29,905 bases of DNA, taken from IMG/VR virus record IMGVR_UViG_3300032125_000015, positions 1 through 29,905 of that record. One strand, 5' to 3'. Below are positions 1-10,100 of the stretch, piece by piece. Both the position numbers and the translations under genes were made by a program. Position 1 is the first letter of the stretch. Each line of letters starts with the position of its first letter. Origin of the DNA: a virus (lineage: Duplodnaviria > Caudoviricetes). Under the pieces are notes generated by a model. That model was not told the DNA's origin and did not search any database. It saw only the letters and a program-made list of their open reading frames with translations.

Positions 1-1
1 A

Positions 2-373
2 GCAAAACCTACAGATTACGACGACTTGAAAAGCACTAAAGAAACTCTCGAGAAACAAGTCGAAGAATTGAACGGAACATTGACTGCTACGAATGATAAA
101 TACACGCAACAAGAATCAACTCTAGGAGATTTACAAAAACAGGTCAAAGGTTATGAAGTAGATACTTTAAAAACCAGAATCGCTAGTCAAGCCGGATTAC
201 CACTTGATTTGGCAGGTCGCTTATCAGGTGTAACAGAAGAGGAAATCAAAGCAGATGCTGAAAATTTCGCTTCATTCGTGAGCAAACCTAGTCCACTACC
301 GTTGAAACCAACAGAACCAGTAACAGAAAAAGATTCAGAGTTAAGACAAATGTTAAAAAATATGACTAATTAA
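2..373 (+). CDS. Capsid scaffolding protein (5'-truncated)
   Basis: Frame is open to the window start (AKPTDYDDLK...). Acidic coiled-coil sequence with GLPLDLAGRLSG-EEEIKADAE, directly upstream of the major capsid gene. Confidence 0.8.
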   Translation, partial: AKPTDYDDLKSTKETLEKQVEELNGTLTATNDKYTQQESTLGDLQKQVKGYEVDTLKTRIASQAGLPLDLAGRLSGVTEEEIKADAENFASFVSKPSPLPLKPTEPVTEKDSELRQMLKNMTN

Positions 374-395
374 ACTAAAAGGAGAATGAGAAATT

Positions 396-1295
396 ATGGC
401 AGTATTAAGAAGTGGGGATTTATTTCCAGCAGTAACAGTAAACGAAATTTTTAGCAAAGTGAAGGGTCATTCAGCTTTGGCTAAATTATCAAATCAAACA
501 CCTATCCCTTTTGCTGGAGAAACAACTTATGTATTTAATTTAGACGGTAACGCTCAAATTGTGGGTGAAGGTGGCAGGAAAGAAGCAGGTGGAGCAACAT
601 TTGAACCTAAAATTGTTAAACCTCTAAAATTTGTTTATCAAGCACGTGTAACAGATGAATTTGTAAAAACAAGTGAAGAAAAACAACTTCAATATTTACG
701 TTCATTTATTGATGGATATGCAACTAAGATTGCAGAAGCTTTTGATATTGCAGCAATTCATGGATTAGAACCAAAATCATTAACAGATGCTTCTTTCAAA
801 GCAACAAATAGCTTTGATGGTTTAGTTACTGGAAATGTAATCACTTATGATGCTGCAACAATTGATGACAATATTGATGCAGCTATCGCAACTGTTGTGA
901 GCGATGGTGGAGATGTGACTGGAGTAGCTTTGTCTCCTTTAGCAAGTGCGGCTTTAGGAAAAGTTAAAGTAAACGGAGTTGTTCAATATCCAGAATTTAG
1001 ATTCGGACAAAACCCTAACGCTTTTTATGGTATGCAATCAGATGTCAATAAAACATTAGTTGTAGCTGGCGGAACAGCTGAATTAGACCATGCTATCGTA
1101 GGAGACTTTGATAAAGCTTTCAAATGGGGTTATACAGAAAACATTCCGTTAGAAATTATTGAGTTTGGGGATCCAGACGGAACTGGTCGAGATTTGAAAG
1201 CTTACAATGAAGTTTGTTTACGAGCTGAAGCTTTCATCGGATGGGGAATTCTTGTACCAGAAAACTTTGCACGTATTGTAGAAACAGTAATTTAA
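396..1295 (+). CDS. Major capsid protein
   Basis: 299 aa, SD AAGGAG. Sequence (IVGEG..K, GDF..FKWG, N.V.LRAEAFIGWGI) typical of r1t-like HK97-fold capsids; position in the head module. Confidence 0.92.
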   Translation: MAVLRSGDLFPAVTVNEIFSKVKGHSALAKLSNQTPIPFAGETTYVFNLDGNAQIVGEGGRKEAGGATFEPKIVKPLKFVYQARVTDEFVKTSEEKQLQYLRSFIDGYATKIAEAFDIAAIHGLEPKSLTDASFKATNSFDGLVTGNVITYDAATIDDNIDAAIATVVSDGGDVTGVALSPLASAALGKVKVNGVVQYPEFRFGQNPNAFYGMQSDVNKTLVVAGGTAELDHAIVGDFDKAFKWGYTENIPLEIIEFGDPDGTGRDLKAYNEVCLRAEAFIGWGILVPENFARIVETVI

Positions 1296-1296
1296 T

Positions 1297-1458
1297 ATGA
1301 GATATACTAATGTAAAAACAGGGGCTATTGTCAATAGCTCCTCAATCATTAAGGGCAAAAATTGGACGTTAGTTGAACCAGTTATTGAACCAGTTATTGA
1401 ACCAGTAATCGAACAAAAGAAACCAGTTAAAAAAGTAATTAGCAAAACAAAGAGGTGA
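1297..1458 (+). CDS. Small head-module protein, 53 aa, not in the ORF track (MRYTNVKTGAIVNSSSIIKGKNWTLVEPVIEPVIEPVIEQKKPVKKVISKTKR)
   Basis: Manual translation. Fills the gap between the capsid and connector genes and starts 1 nt after the capsid stop. Confidence 0.7.
   Translation: MRYTNVKTGAIVNSSSIIKGKNWTLVEPVIEPVIEPVIEQKKPVKKVISKTKR
1373..1414 (+). repeat. 12-bp tandem repeat TTGAACCAGTTA, about 3.5 copies (EPVI repeats)
   Basis: Seen directly in the sequence. Confidence 0.9.
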
Positions 1459-1462
1459 TAAT

Positions 1463-1852
1463 ATGGCGAATTTCGCTACTGTATCAGATGTTGGACTGCT
1501 TTGGAGAGTTCTAACAACCGATGAAACAGAACGAGCCGAATCATTAATGGGTGTCATTTCTGACAGCCTTCGTGTTGAAGCTACCAGTGTTGGCAAAGAT
1601 TTAGATTTAATGGTCGCAGATTCACCCACATACGCAAACGTTGTTCGGTCAGTCACTGTTGACGTGGTTGCACGTACTCTAATGACATCTACTGATCAAG
1701 AACCAATCACACAAGCATCTGAATCAGCTCTAGGCTATTCGTGGTCTGGTAGTTATCTAGTACCTGGTGGCGGTTTGTTTATCAAGAAAACAGAACTTGC
1801 TAGGCTTGGACTTAGGAGACAGCGATTTGGAGTGATTGATTTCTATGGCTAA
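1463..1852 (+). CDS. Head-tail connector/adaptor (Gp15/Gp19-like)
   Basis: 129 aa, FAT..DV..LWR.LT..E..RAE.L start and ESALGYSWSGSY motif; synteny. Confidence 0.8.
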   Translation: MANFATVSDVGLLWRVLTTDETERAESLMGVISDSLRVEATSVGKDLDLMVADSPTYANVVRSVTVDVVARTLMTSTDQEPITQASESALGYSWSGSYLVPGGGLFIKKTELARLGLRRQRFGVIDFYG

Positions 1853-2183
1853 AATAAAAGGTATAACAATCACTTTAGTGGATAAAATCAAAACCGATGA
1901 AGATCCATTCGGTAATGCAATCTATACAAATGCTGAAATAGAAGTTAAAAACGTGTTGGTTAGTCCTACATCGTCTGATGATATTGTTAACCAACTGGAT
2001 TTAACAGGTAGAAAAGCTGTTTACACTTTAGCTATTCCAAAAGGTGATACGCACAATTGGGAAAATAAAGAAGTAAAGTTTTTTGGTAAAAATTGGAAAA
2101 CGTTCGGTATTCCACTACAAGGAATTGAACATTTAATACCACTAGACTGGAACAAAAAGGTAATGGTGGAACGTTATGAGTAA
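1845..2183 (+). CDS. Head-closure protein
   Basis: D.FGN motif near the N-terminus; synteny. Start placed at ATG 1845, which follows the SD GGAGTGA. Confidence 0.7.
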   Translation: MAKIKGITITLVDKIKTDEDPFGNAIYTNAEIEVKNVLVSPTSSDDIVNQLDLTGRKAVYTLAIPKGDTHNWENKEVKFFGKNWKTFGIPLQGIEHLIPLDWNKKVMVERYE

Positions 2184-2412
2184 AATTAAATTTAAGCTAA
2201 ATAGTGCTGGTGTTTCGGCAATGCTGAAATCTCCTGAAATGCAAACTCTACTGACTAAACAAGCAACTGCTATAAAAAACAGATGTGGTGATGGATATGA
2301 GCAAGATATTTATGTCGGTAAAAATCGAGCAAACGCAACAGTGAAAGCTACGACTTATAAAGCAAGAAAAGACAATATGGATAATAATACTCTACTAAAG
2401 GCGGTGCGATAA
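2176..2412 (+). CDS. Neck / tail-completion protein
   Basis: 78-aa basic protein in the head-tail joining block (NNTLLKAV end); synteny. Confidence 0.6.
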   Translation: MSKIKFKLNSAGVSAMLKSPEMQTLLTKQATAIKNRCGDGYEQDIYVGKNRANATVKATTYKARKDNMDNNTLLKAVR

Positions 2413-2748
2413 ATGATTGAGATACTGATAAAACAATATCTAGACGGTCATTTATCTGTACCGTCTTTTTTACAATATCCAGAAACAGCTCCAGTTAGAT
2501 TTGTGTTGTTTGAAAAAACAAGCAGTTCTAAAAAAAATCATCTGCCAATAGCCACGATTGCTTTTAAAAGTTATGCCGAATCAATGTATGAAGCAGCTAA
2601 ACTTAATGAAGAATTAAAAGAGGTTGTTGAGAATTTGATTGAGTTAGATAACATTCGTGGAATCAAATTAAACAGTGATTATAATTTTACGGATACAACG
2701 ACAAAACAAAATCGTTATCAAGCGGTATTTGATATCAAACATTATTAA
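2413..2748 (+). CDS. Tail terminator protein
   Basis: 111 aa immediately before the major tail gene; C-terminal SDYNFTDTTTK..RYQAVFDI. Confidence 0.7.
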   Translation: MIEILIKQYLDGHLSVPSFLQYPETAPVRFVLFEKTSSSKKNHLPIATIAFKSYAESMYEAAKLNEELKEVVENLIELDNIRGIKLNSDYNFTDTTTKQNRYQAVFDIKHY

Positions 2749-2763
2749 TTAGGAGGAAATTAA

Positions 2764-3333
2764 ATGACAGCAACAATGAATGTATCAACAGCGAAACCAA
2801 GAATAGGCGGTGCGATTTATTCAGCTCCATTAGGTACTGCATTACCGGTTGATGCACTGGCATCACTAGCAGTTACTTACAAAAGTTTAGGGTATATCTC
2901 GGAAGATGGATTGACAAACTCAAACACACCATCAAATGAAACAATCAAGGCTTGGGGCGGAGATATTGTTGCATCCGTACAAACAGAAAAAGAAGATACT
3001 TTTGCCTATACGCTGATCGAAGCAACAAACATCGACGTATTAAGCGAAATTTACGGTACTGACAACGTTGAAGGTACACTAGAAACAGGTATCACAATCA
3101 AAGCAAACTCAAAAGAATTGACAGAACATGTGTTAGTTGTGGATGTCGTTCTTAATGGTGGAATTTTAAAACGTATCGTTGTTCCAAACGGTAAAGTATC
3201 AGAGATTGGCGAAATCAGCTACACAGATGCCGATGCAATTGGTTATGAAACAACTATCCAAGCTATGCCTGATGAAACAGGAAACACTCATTATGAATAC
3301 ATTCAAAAACCAGCAGTAGTGGTGATCCCATAA
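2764..3333 (+). CDS. Major tail (tube) protein
   Basis: Strong SD AGGAGG; LGYISEDGL and IKAWGGDIV motifs of siphophage tail tubes. Confidence 0.9.
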   Translation: MTATMNVSTAKPRIGGAIYSAPLGTALPVDALASLAVTYKSLGYISEDGLTNSNTPSNETIKAWGGDIVASVQTEKEDTFAYTLIEATNIDVLSEIYGTDNVEGTLETGITIKANSKELTEHVLVVDVVLNGGILKRIVVPNGKVSEIGEISYTDADAIGYETTIQAMPDETGNTHYEYIQKPAVVVIP

Positions 3334-3334
3334 T

Positions 3335-3589
3335 ATGAAAACTAAATCAGGATTTGTATACGAGCTATCACAAGAACGTTTAAACAACTATGAGTTATTG
3401 GAAGCAATCAGCGAGATTGACGAAAACCCACTGGCAATTTCTAAAGTTGTTAAATTACTATTGAGCGAAAAGGAAACAAAAAAATTGAAAGATCATGTAC
3501 GAACAAAAAACGGAATTGTTCCAGTAGAAAAGTTTACGAATGAAATTACTGAAATGTTCCAATCACAAGGTGAAACAAAAAACTCTTAG
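3335..3589 (+). CDS. Tail assembly chaperone (lambda gpG-like)
   Basis: Between the tail tube and tape measure genes; ends in the slippery heptamer A AAA AAC. Confidence 0.8.
   Translation: MKTKSGFVYELSQERLNNYELLEAISEIDENPLAISKVVKLLLSEKETKKLKDHVRTKNGIVPVEKFTNEITEMFQSQGETKNS
3577..3583 (+). other. Programmed -1 ribosomal frameshift site A-AAA-AAC
   Basis: X XXY YYZ heptamer in the correct phase; the -1 frame is open (AAA AAA CTC TTA GTC CTT GCA CGA) into the ORF at 3601. Confidence 0.8.
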
Positions 3590-3600
3590 TCCTTGCACGA

Positions 3601-3981
3601 ATGATAAAGACTGACGAGGATGCACTCATGTGCGACCTTGCAGAAACTTATCACATATACGATTACAGACAGTTGCCATTAAAAACGGTAGCTGTTTTTT
3701 CTGTTGGTTTAAAGAATAATTCACGTATCAAGATGAAAATGAGTAATCAACCAGTAGACTTGGACGTACTTTTATTGGCTGGAATAAGTGACAAATTAAG
3801 TTACTGGCTATGGTCACAAAGTAAAGACGGTCAAAAAGGCGTGAATAAACCAGCTTCATTAGTTGATACGATCATGAATACACAACCAAAAGAGAAAAAT
3901 GTAATTGCATTTACTTCTGGCGAGGACTTTGTAAATAAGAGAAACGAACTTCTAAAAAACACAAGGAAGGGAGGTTCATAA
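3601..3981 (+). CDS. Tail chaperone C-terminal part (gpT-like, probably made as a G-T frameshift fusion)
   Basis: No clear SD; in the -1 frame of the upstream chaperone; abuts the tape measure start. Confidence 0.75.
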   Translation: MIKTDEDALMCDLAETYHIYDYRQLPLKTVAVFSVGLKNNSRIKMKMSNQPVDLDVLLLAGISDKLSYWLWSQSKDGQKGVNKPASLVDTIMNTQPKEKNVIAFTSGEDFVNKRNELLKNTRKGGS

Positions 3982-6375
3982 ATGGCAACAGAATTAGGTC
4001 AAGCTTATATACAGGTAATGCCATCTGCAAAAGGTATATCTGGCTCAATACAGAAACAATTCGATCCAGAAGCTGAGCGAGCTGGTCAAAGCGCTGGTAG
4101 TAAGTTAGGTATGGGATTGAAAGTAGCAGCAGTTGCGGCAGTTGCAGCTACAGGCGTTGCGTTAGGTGCGGTCATAGGAAAGTCACTGACAGAAGGAGCG
4201 AGCCTTCAACAATCGTTAGGCGGTATTGAAACACTATTTAAAGGTAGTGCGGATAAAGTTAAAGCATACGCAAACGAAGCTTATAAAACATCTGGACTGT
4301 CAGCAAATGACTACATGGAGAGCGTGACAAGCTTTAGTGCAAGTCTTTTACAATCTATGGGTGGAGATACAGAAGCCGCTGCTGACAAGGCAAACATGGC
4401 ACTGGTAGACATGTCTGATAATGCGAATAAGATGGGTTCTAGTATGGAAGGCATACAAAACGCTTATCAAGGATTCGCTAAACAAAACTATACAATGCTA
4501 GACAACCTTAAATTGGGTTATGGCGGAACAAAAGGTGAGATGGAACGTCTATTGTCAGATGCAACAAAATTAACAGGTGTCAAATATGATATTAGCAATT
4601 TAGACGATGTCTATTCTGCTATTCACGCAGTACAGGGTGAGTTAGGAATCACTGGAACAACTGCAAAAGAATCGGCTGAAACTTTTAGTGGATCACTTGC
4701 TTCTATGAAAGCAGCTTTTTCAAACGTATTAGGTGGTTTGTCGCTTGGTCAAGATATTCAACCAGCATTACAAGCTTTGGCAACAACAACATCCACATTC
4801 TTCATAAACAACTTCTTTCCAATGGTAGCGAATGTACTCAAAGCGTTACCTGCTGCAATAGCCACATTTTTTCAAGCGGCTGCTCCATCATTTATGGCGG
4901 CTGGAAGTAATCTTTTAAGTAATTTGGGTATCGGTATATCTGGCGGAATGGCTGGTTTGATGGCTTCAATAGGTACAACGATTGCTCCTATTGTGGAAGC
5001 ATTTAAAACGGTATTTGGTCAGATACCAGTGTTGTTTCAAACAATTATGGCATCACTTTCACCATTTATTGAAATGATAGCTATTGCATTTACAAAATTA
5101 GACTTTACAGGTCTACAAACTTTGATTGCTGCAATTATTCCAGCTATCACGAACGCTTTCACTGTCATGATGGGAATTGTCGCTCCAGCTATTGGAATGG
5201 TAGTCGATTCATTTGTAAAAATGTGGAACGCAGCTCAACCATTGATCGCAGTTTTAGCAACTGCTTTAATGCCAGTTTTACAAATTTTAGGTGCGTTTAT
5301 TGGTGGAGTGCTAAAAGGTATTCTAATTGGTGTTTCGTCAGCATTTAGTGCGATAGGAACAGTAATAACTTTCTTAACTCCAGTCATAGCCTTCTTAGTC
5401 AATGGTTTTAAAGCCATTGTACCAGTACTAACAACCGTAGCGACTTGGGTTGGTTTTGTGATTGGTTTCTTCGGTAGCTTAGGTGGAGCTGGAACGTCAT
5501 TGAAAACGATGCTGACCAGTGCGTGGACTAACATAAAAAATGGTATATCACTAGTTGGTTCTGGAATATCAAAAGTAATCAGTGTTATAAAATCAGTGTT
5601 TAACAGTTTGAAAGGCGCTGGTGGATCATTGAAAGCTGCCTTAAGCGGGGCGTGGAACGGTATTAAAACCGTTATATCAACAGTTGGTAATTCTATAAAA
5701 GCTGTTGTAAATGCTGTCAAAACTGTATTTAATGGTTTGAAAACTACAGGTAGCTCACTGAAATCTGGTTTGTCAACTTCTTTCAACGGAATAAAAAGCG
5801 TTGTTTCTAGCGTTGCTGGTTCAATAAAAGGAACAATCGATACTGTAAAAAGCGTGTTTAATAGTTTGAAAGACATCGACATAAGCGGTGCTGGCTCGGC
5901 TATCATGGACGGTTTCTTAGGTGGTCTAAAAAAAGCCTATGAAGGTGTTAAAACTTTCGTTGGTGGTATTGCTGGTTGGATTGCAGACCATAAAGGTCCG
6001 ATTGATTATGATAGAAAACTATTGATACCAGCTGGTAATGCAATAATGGGTGGTTTGGATGAAAGTCTACAAGACAAATTCAAAAATGTTCAAAAAACCG
6101 TTGGTGGAATGGCTAACAAAATACAAACTGGTTTTGATACAGATATAAACCTTAGTACGTCTTTACCAACTTTATCAATAGAATCAGCAATGAGCCACGC
6201 TATCATTTCAGATAGCGGGAAAAATACAGTAGGAAAAACAAACAACGAAGTAGCTCATAATGAAACAAAAAATATTTTTAATGTAGAAAATCTTGTATGG
6301 AACAATAAACAAGATATTAGACAAGCAATGGCAGAAATGGCATGGATAACATCACAGGAAGGGGCTAGATTGTGA
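3982..6375 (+). CDS. Tape measure protein
   Basis: 797 aa, Ala/Gly-rich helical, YTMLDNLKLGYGGTK motif, hydrophobic middle, amphipathic repeats. Confidence 0.93.
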   Translation: MATELGQAYIQVMPSAKGISGSIQKQFDPEAERAGQSAGSKLGMGLKVAAVAAVAATGVALGAVIGKSLTEGASLQQSLGGIETLFKGSADKVKAYANEAYKTSGLSANDYMESVTSFSASLLQSMGGDTEAAADKANMALVDMSDNANKMGSSMEGIQNAYQGFAKQNYTMLDNLKLGYGGTKGEMERLLSDATKLTGVKYDISNLDDVYSAIHAVQGELGITGTTAKESAETFSGSLASMKAAFSNVLGGLSLGQDIQPALQALATTTSTFFINNFFPMVANVLKALPAAIATFFQAAAPSFMAAGSNLLSNLGIGISGGMAGLMASIGTTIAPIVEAFKTVFGQIPVLFQTIMASLSPFIEMIAIAFTKLDFTGLQTLIAAIIPAITNAFTVMMGIVAPAIGMVVDSFVKMWNAAQPLIAVLATALMPVLQILGAFIGGVLKGILIGVSSAFSAIGTVITFLTPVIAFLVNGFKAIVPVLTTVATWVGFVIGFFGSLGGAGTSLKTMLTSAWTNIKNGISLVGSGISKVISVIKSVFNSLKGAGGSLKAALSGAWNGIKTVISTVGNSIKAVVNAVKTVFNGLKTTGSSLKSGLSTSFNGIKSVVSSVAGSIKGTIDTVKSVFNSLKDIDISGAGSAIMDGFLGGLKKAYEGVKTFVGGIAGWIADHKGPIDYDRKLLIPAGNAIMGGLDESLQDKFKNVQKTVGGMANKIQTGFDTDINLSTSLPTLSIESAMSHAIISDSGKNTVGKTNNEVAHNETKNIFNVENLVWNNKQDIRQAMAEMAWITSQEGARL
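5485..5871 (+). repeat. Three 43-aa repeats in the tape measure protein
   Basis: GAGTSLK...VFNSLK / GAGGSLK...VFNGLK / TTGSSLK...VFNSLK, 129-nt period. Confidence 0.8.
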
Positions 6376-7109
6376 TAATAGAAAGTTTTTTCGAGTACAA
6401 AGGAAGAAAATCAAACGAGTTCGGTTTAGTCGTTAGTAATGATTTAGCTTTCACAACCCCCGAACGTGATGTTGAGTTGTTTGAAGTTCCAGGTCTCGAT
6501 GGTGATCTGATCATAGACAAAGGACGTCTGAAAGGGTTTGACAAACAGTTCACTGTTAGTTTGATGGTTCCAGACGGAAAAACAATTGACAGGTCAGCAA
6601 AAGAAATATCGGAATGGCTTAGAAGCGATGTTAGTTGGGATAAACTAACTTTTAGTGGTTATGAGGGTTATTTTTATGAAGCGATTTGTTATGAATCTTT
6701 CGATATTCAAGATGTTTTAAAGACATTTGGCAAAGCTGTAATTACGTTTAGATGTAAACCTTATAAATATAAGAATGACGGACAAGTACCACTGACAGTA
6801 ATTGGTGGTCAAACGTTATTCAATCCAGAAAAACGTATGGCTAAACCATTAATAAAAATCACTGGCACAGGTAATATCACACTTAAAAACAATGGTACTG
6901 ATTGGCTTATCTTAACATCTGTAGATGGATATATAACGATTGATTCAGCACAAATGAGCGTTCACAAAGATGGTTTACAACAGTTCCAAAAAATGAACGC
7001 TAATCTTAAACCATTGTTTCCAGTTCTTATTTCAGGAAGCAACGTTATTACTTGGACAGGAACAGTTACTAAAGTAGAAATTACACCTAAATGGGAGGCG
7101 GTAGTTTAG
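6372..7109 (+). CDS. Distal tail protein (Dit)
   Basis: 245 aa after the tape measure gene; PERDVE..EVPGLDGDL and F.CKPYKY motifs. Confidence 0.85.
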   Translation: MIIESFFEYKGRKSNEFGLVVSNDLAFTTPERDVELFEVPGLDGDLIIDKGRLKGFDKQFTVSLMVPDGKTIDRSAKEISEWLRSDVSWDKLTFSGYEGYFYEAICYESFDIQDVLKTFGKAVITFRCKPYKYKNDGQVPLTVIGGQTLFNPEKRMAKPLIKITGTGNITLKNNGTDWLILTSVDGYITIDSAQMSVHKDGLQQFQKMNANLKPLFPVLISGSNVITWTGTVTKVEITPKWEAVV

Positions 7110-10100
7110 TGGCCATTTTATACAAAGCAAATGAGACGGATTTTAATCATTTAGGTTTAGGGCCATTAAATGATGCTGTCTCTATCTTGGTTACAGAAGA
7201 ACGCAATGGAATGTTTGAATTAGAAATGAAATATCCAATCAAAGGTTCTAAGTTTAACGAATTAAAATTGGATAGATTAATTAAAGCGGATTCCGGTCAT
7301 AACCTAAAAGGGCAACGGTTTAAAATCATTAGAGTAACCAAGCCAATTGACGGAATATCAACGATCAATGCAGAGCATATTTCATATTTAACGCAAGATT
7401 TACTGCTAAAACCAACAGTCAATTACAGCGGAACAGCTAGTCAAGCTTTAAACACTTGGAATAATAATCTTGTAGATGTCAGCCCATTTATTGTAGCAAG
7501 TGACATTACTGCAAATGGTAGTGGCTCGTGGTCGATAAAAGAAGTCAAGAACGCTCGTGAAGCTTTAGGCGGCGTGTCTGGTTCAATTTTAGAAACGTAT
7601 GGTGGTGAATATCGGTTTGATAACTACAGTATCTGTTTGATGGCACAACGTGGAGTTAATTCAGGTGCGTTAATCGCATATGGTAGAAACCTTGTGGATC
7701 TAACACAAGAAGAATCTATATCCGAAACATTTACGTCGATTTATCCATATGCCACTTATCAAGATTCTAATGACAAAGAACAATTGCTGATATTACCTGA
7801 ATATTTCGTTGATAGCGAGTATGTTGGAAATTATGCACGTCGTAAAATACTACCAGTAGATTTTTCAGAGGATGAAATAAAAGATGTAGCTACATTAAGA
7901 AGTCGCACCAATTCTTATATCAAGTCAAATGGAATCGGGATCCCTAAAGTTAATATGCAAATTAAGTATATTGATTTAGCTAAAACACTAGATTACAAAG
8001 ATTTAGCGATATTAGAAGAAGTAAATCTTTGCGATAATATTTTTGTTTATTTTGAACAATTAGATGTCAATACGTCGGCAAAAATCATAAAAACAGTTTG
8101 GAATGACTTACTAGAGCAATACGATTCCATCGAAGTTGGTGAAGCAAAATCTAGTTTATCGAATAGTATTAATTCAACAGTTGATGGCAAATTGGAGACA
8201 ATTGTAAAACGAGTAAATACGATTCAATTAACAGCTGATGGTTTAAATGTCATCTACAGAGGGCTAGAAGAACCAGCTCCTGGAAACACTGGTGATTTAT
8301 GGTACGAACCTGATGGCATTTACGAAAACATGTATCAATGGGATGGTAGCATTTGGAAGTTAATGCTGAGTACGCGGGAATTTGATACTATAAAAAAAGA
8401 ATCAGAAAAAAATAAACAAGATTTAGAGTTGGAGAAGACTCGAATTGACCAGACTATTGTCAAAGCTGATCAAGCAATAGTCGACGCTGGATTTGCAAAA
8501 ATTAATTCGAGTACAGCTATTACAAATGCTTTAGAAGCTACTGGATTAGCGAATATAGCGAAAACAAATGCTTCAACAGCAATAACAGATTCCAGTACTG
8601 CTATCACCAACGCACAAACAGCTTTAAATGCTTATGATAATTTAAAAATTGGTGGAAGTAATTTAATCGGTAACTTTAATTTTTCCTTTGGAAAATACAT
8701 TGCTACCGATTCTGGTTTAATTATGAATGGTGATGCAATTAACGGAGTAAGTGAAAAAATACTTGTTTCAACTAATAAATTTATTACTTTAAACCTTTAT
8801 GACACAATTACGAATTACCCTTATGGAGCTTACAGTAAGATAGCTTTTTATCGTGAAGATGGCACTTTTATTTCACAAACGCCAAACGTTAGTTGGTCAG
8901 TTCCTACAAGTGCTACTTATCCAATTCCTGAAAGTACAGATCATATAAGAATCAGTTTGATTGGTTTTGATATTTACAAGTATAAATTAGAATTTGGCAA
9001 TCAAGGAACAGCATGGACACCAGCACCAGAAGATGTTCAAGTACAAATCACTGATATTAACGGTGAGTTAAGTCGAAAAGCAAGTCAAACCAACTTTGAC
9101 ACTTTAAATGGTACGGTAACGAATCAATCCACTTTAATCTCTCAATCTCAAACAGCTATTGGTTTGAAAGCTGATAAAACGGTAACCGACACATTAAGCA
9201 GTACTGTATCGAAACATACGACTGACATTAAAGCTACGAGCGATGGTTTAGCATTAAAGGCTGATAGTTCATTTGTAAATACTGTAAAAGGAACTGTAGA
9301 TACTCATACTACACAAATTAAAGCTACCTCGGATGGGTTAGTTTTGAAAGCTGAATCAAGCTTGGTCAACACAATTAATGGAACTGTAAATACTCATACA
9401 GGTCAAATTAGTGCTAACTCAACAGCGATTGCTTTGAGATTGACTTCGGCACAAGTAGATAGTTTGGTCTTGGGTAAAAATTATGTAAACCAAACAACTT
9501 TAAATGCCACTTCTACTTCGCTTTCAACACAAATAACTCAAGTTGAGACAAGCAAGGTCGATATAGTTCAAGATATGGGTGGGGCCGGTAAGATTTTTGA
9601 CAACCCAGTTATGGATAGTAGGTCGTCGGTTACTGGTGCTTTAATTATAAACACACCAATCACTAGTCACTATATGGTCAAACTATCTGTATCTGGGTAC
9701 AACTATACGGATACCAACTCAAATATAGATTTAGAAATAGCGTTTTATGCAACATCAACATTGTCAAAATGCACATATGTCAATAAAGGGAATTTTCCTG
9801 TAGATAATGTGCGTATTGCAAGAGATAGTAATGGGCGTGTAGTTGTTATTATTGGTACAGATGCATCAACATGGGCGTACCCTAAAATACAAGTTACGCA
9901 GGCTATCATAGGGCATTATGTCCCACCAGATTCATATAAAGATGGTTGGAGCATTGAGTATCTTACAGTTTTCCCTGCATACACGCTTATGAGGGATGTG
10001 TTGGGTGTGGATTATAATGTAAAAATATCCACAATAGAACAGACCGTTGATGGTATTCAAACAACTGTCGCTACTAAAGCAAGTCAAACTCAAGTCACTC

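Noticed and set aside
1373-1414. CRISPR-like mini-array
   Set aside because: Contiguous 12-bp coding repeat with no spacers; no cas genes.
1218-1656. Minus-strand ORFs 1218-1445 and 1369-1656, and similar antisense or out-of-frame ORFs elsewhere (e.g. 10984-11376, 14305-14532, 25292-25597, 28440-28730)
   Set aside because: They overlap well-supported genes with coherent operon structure; treated as spurious.
3325-3337. +1 frameshift extension of the major tail protein (ATC CCA TAA) or capsid (ATT TAA)
   Set aside because: The downstream ORFs are in the +1 frame, but the sites are not the canonical CCC-TAA shift motif and the ORF after the tail tube is the chaperone; coupling is the simpler reading.
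5235-5906. 223-aa minus-strand ORF
   Set aside because: Antisense shadow of the repetitive tape measure gene; no recognisable motif.
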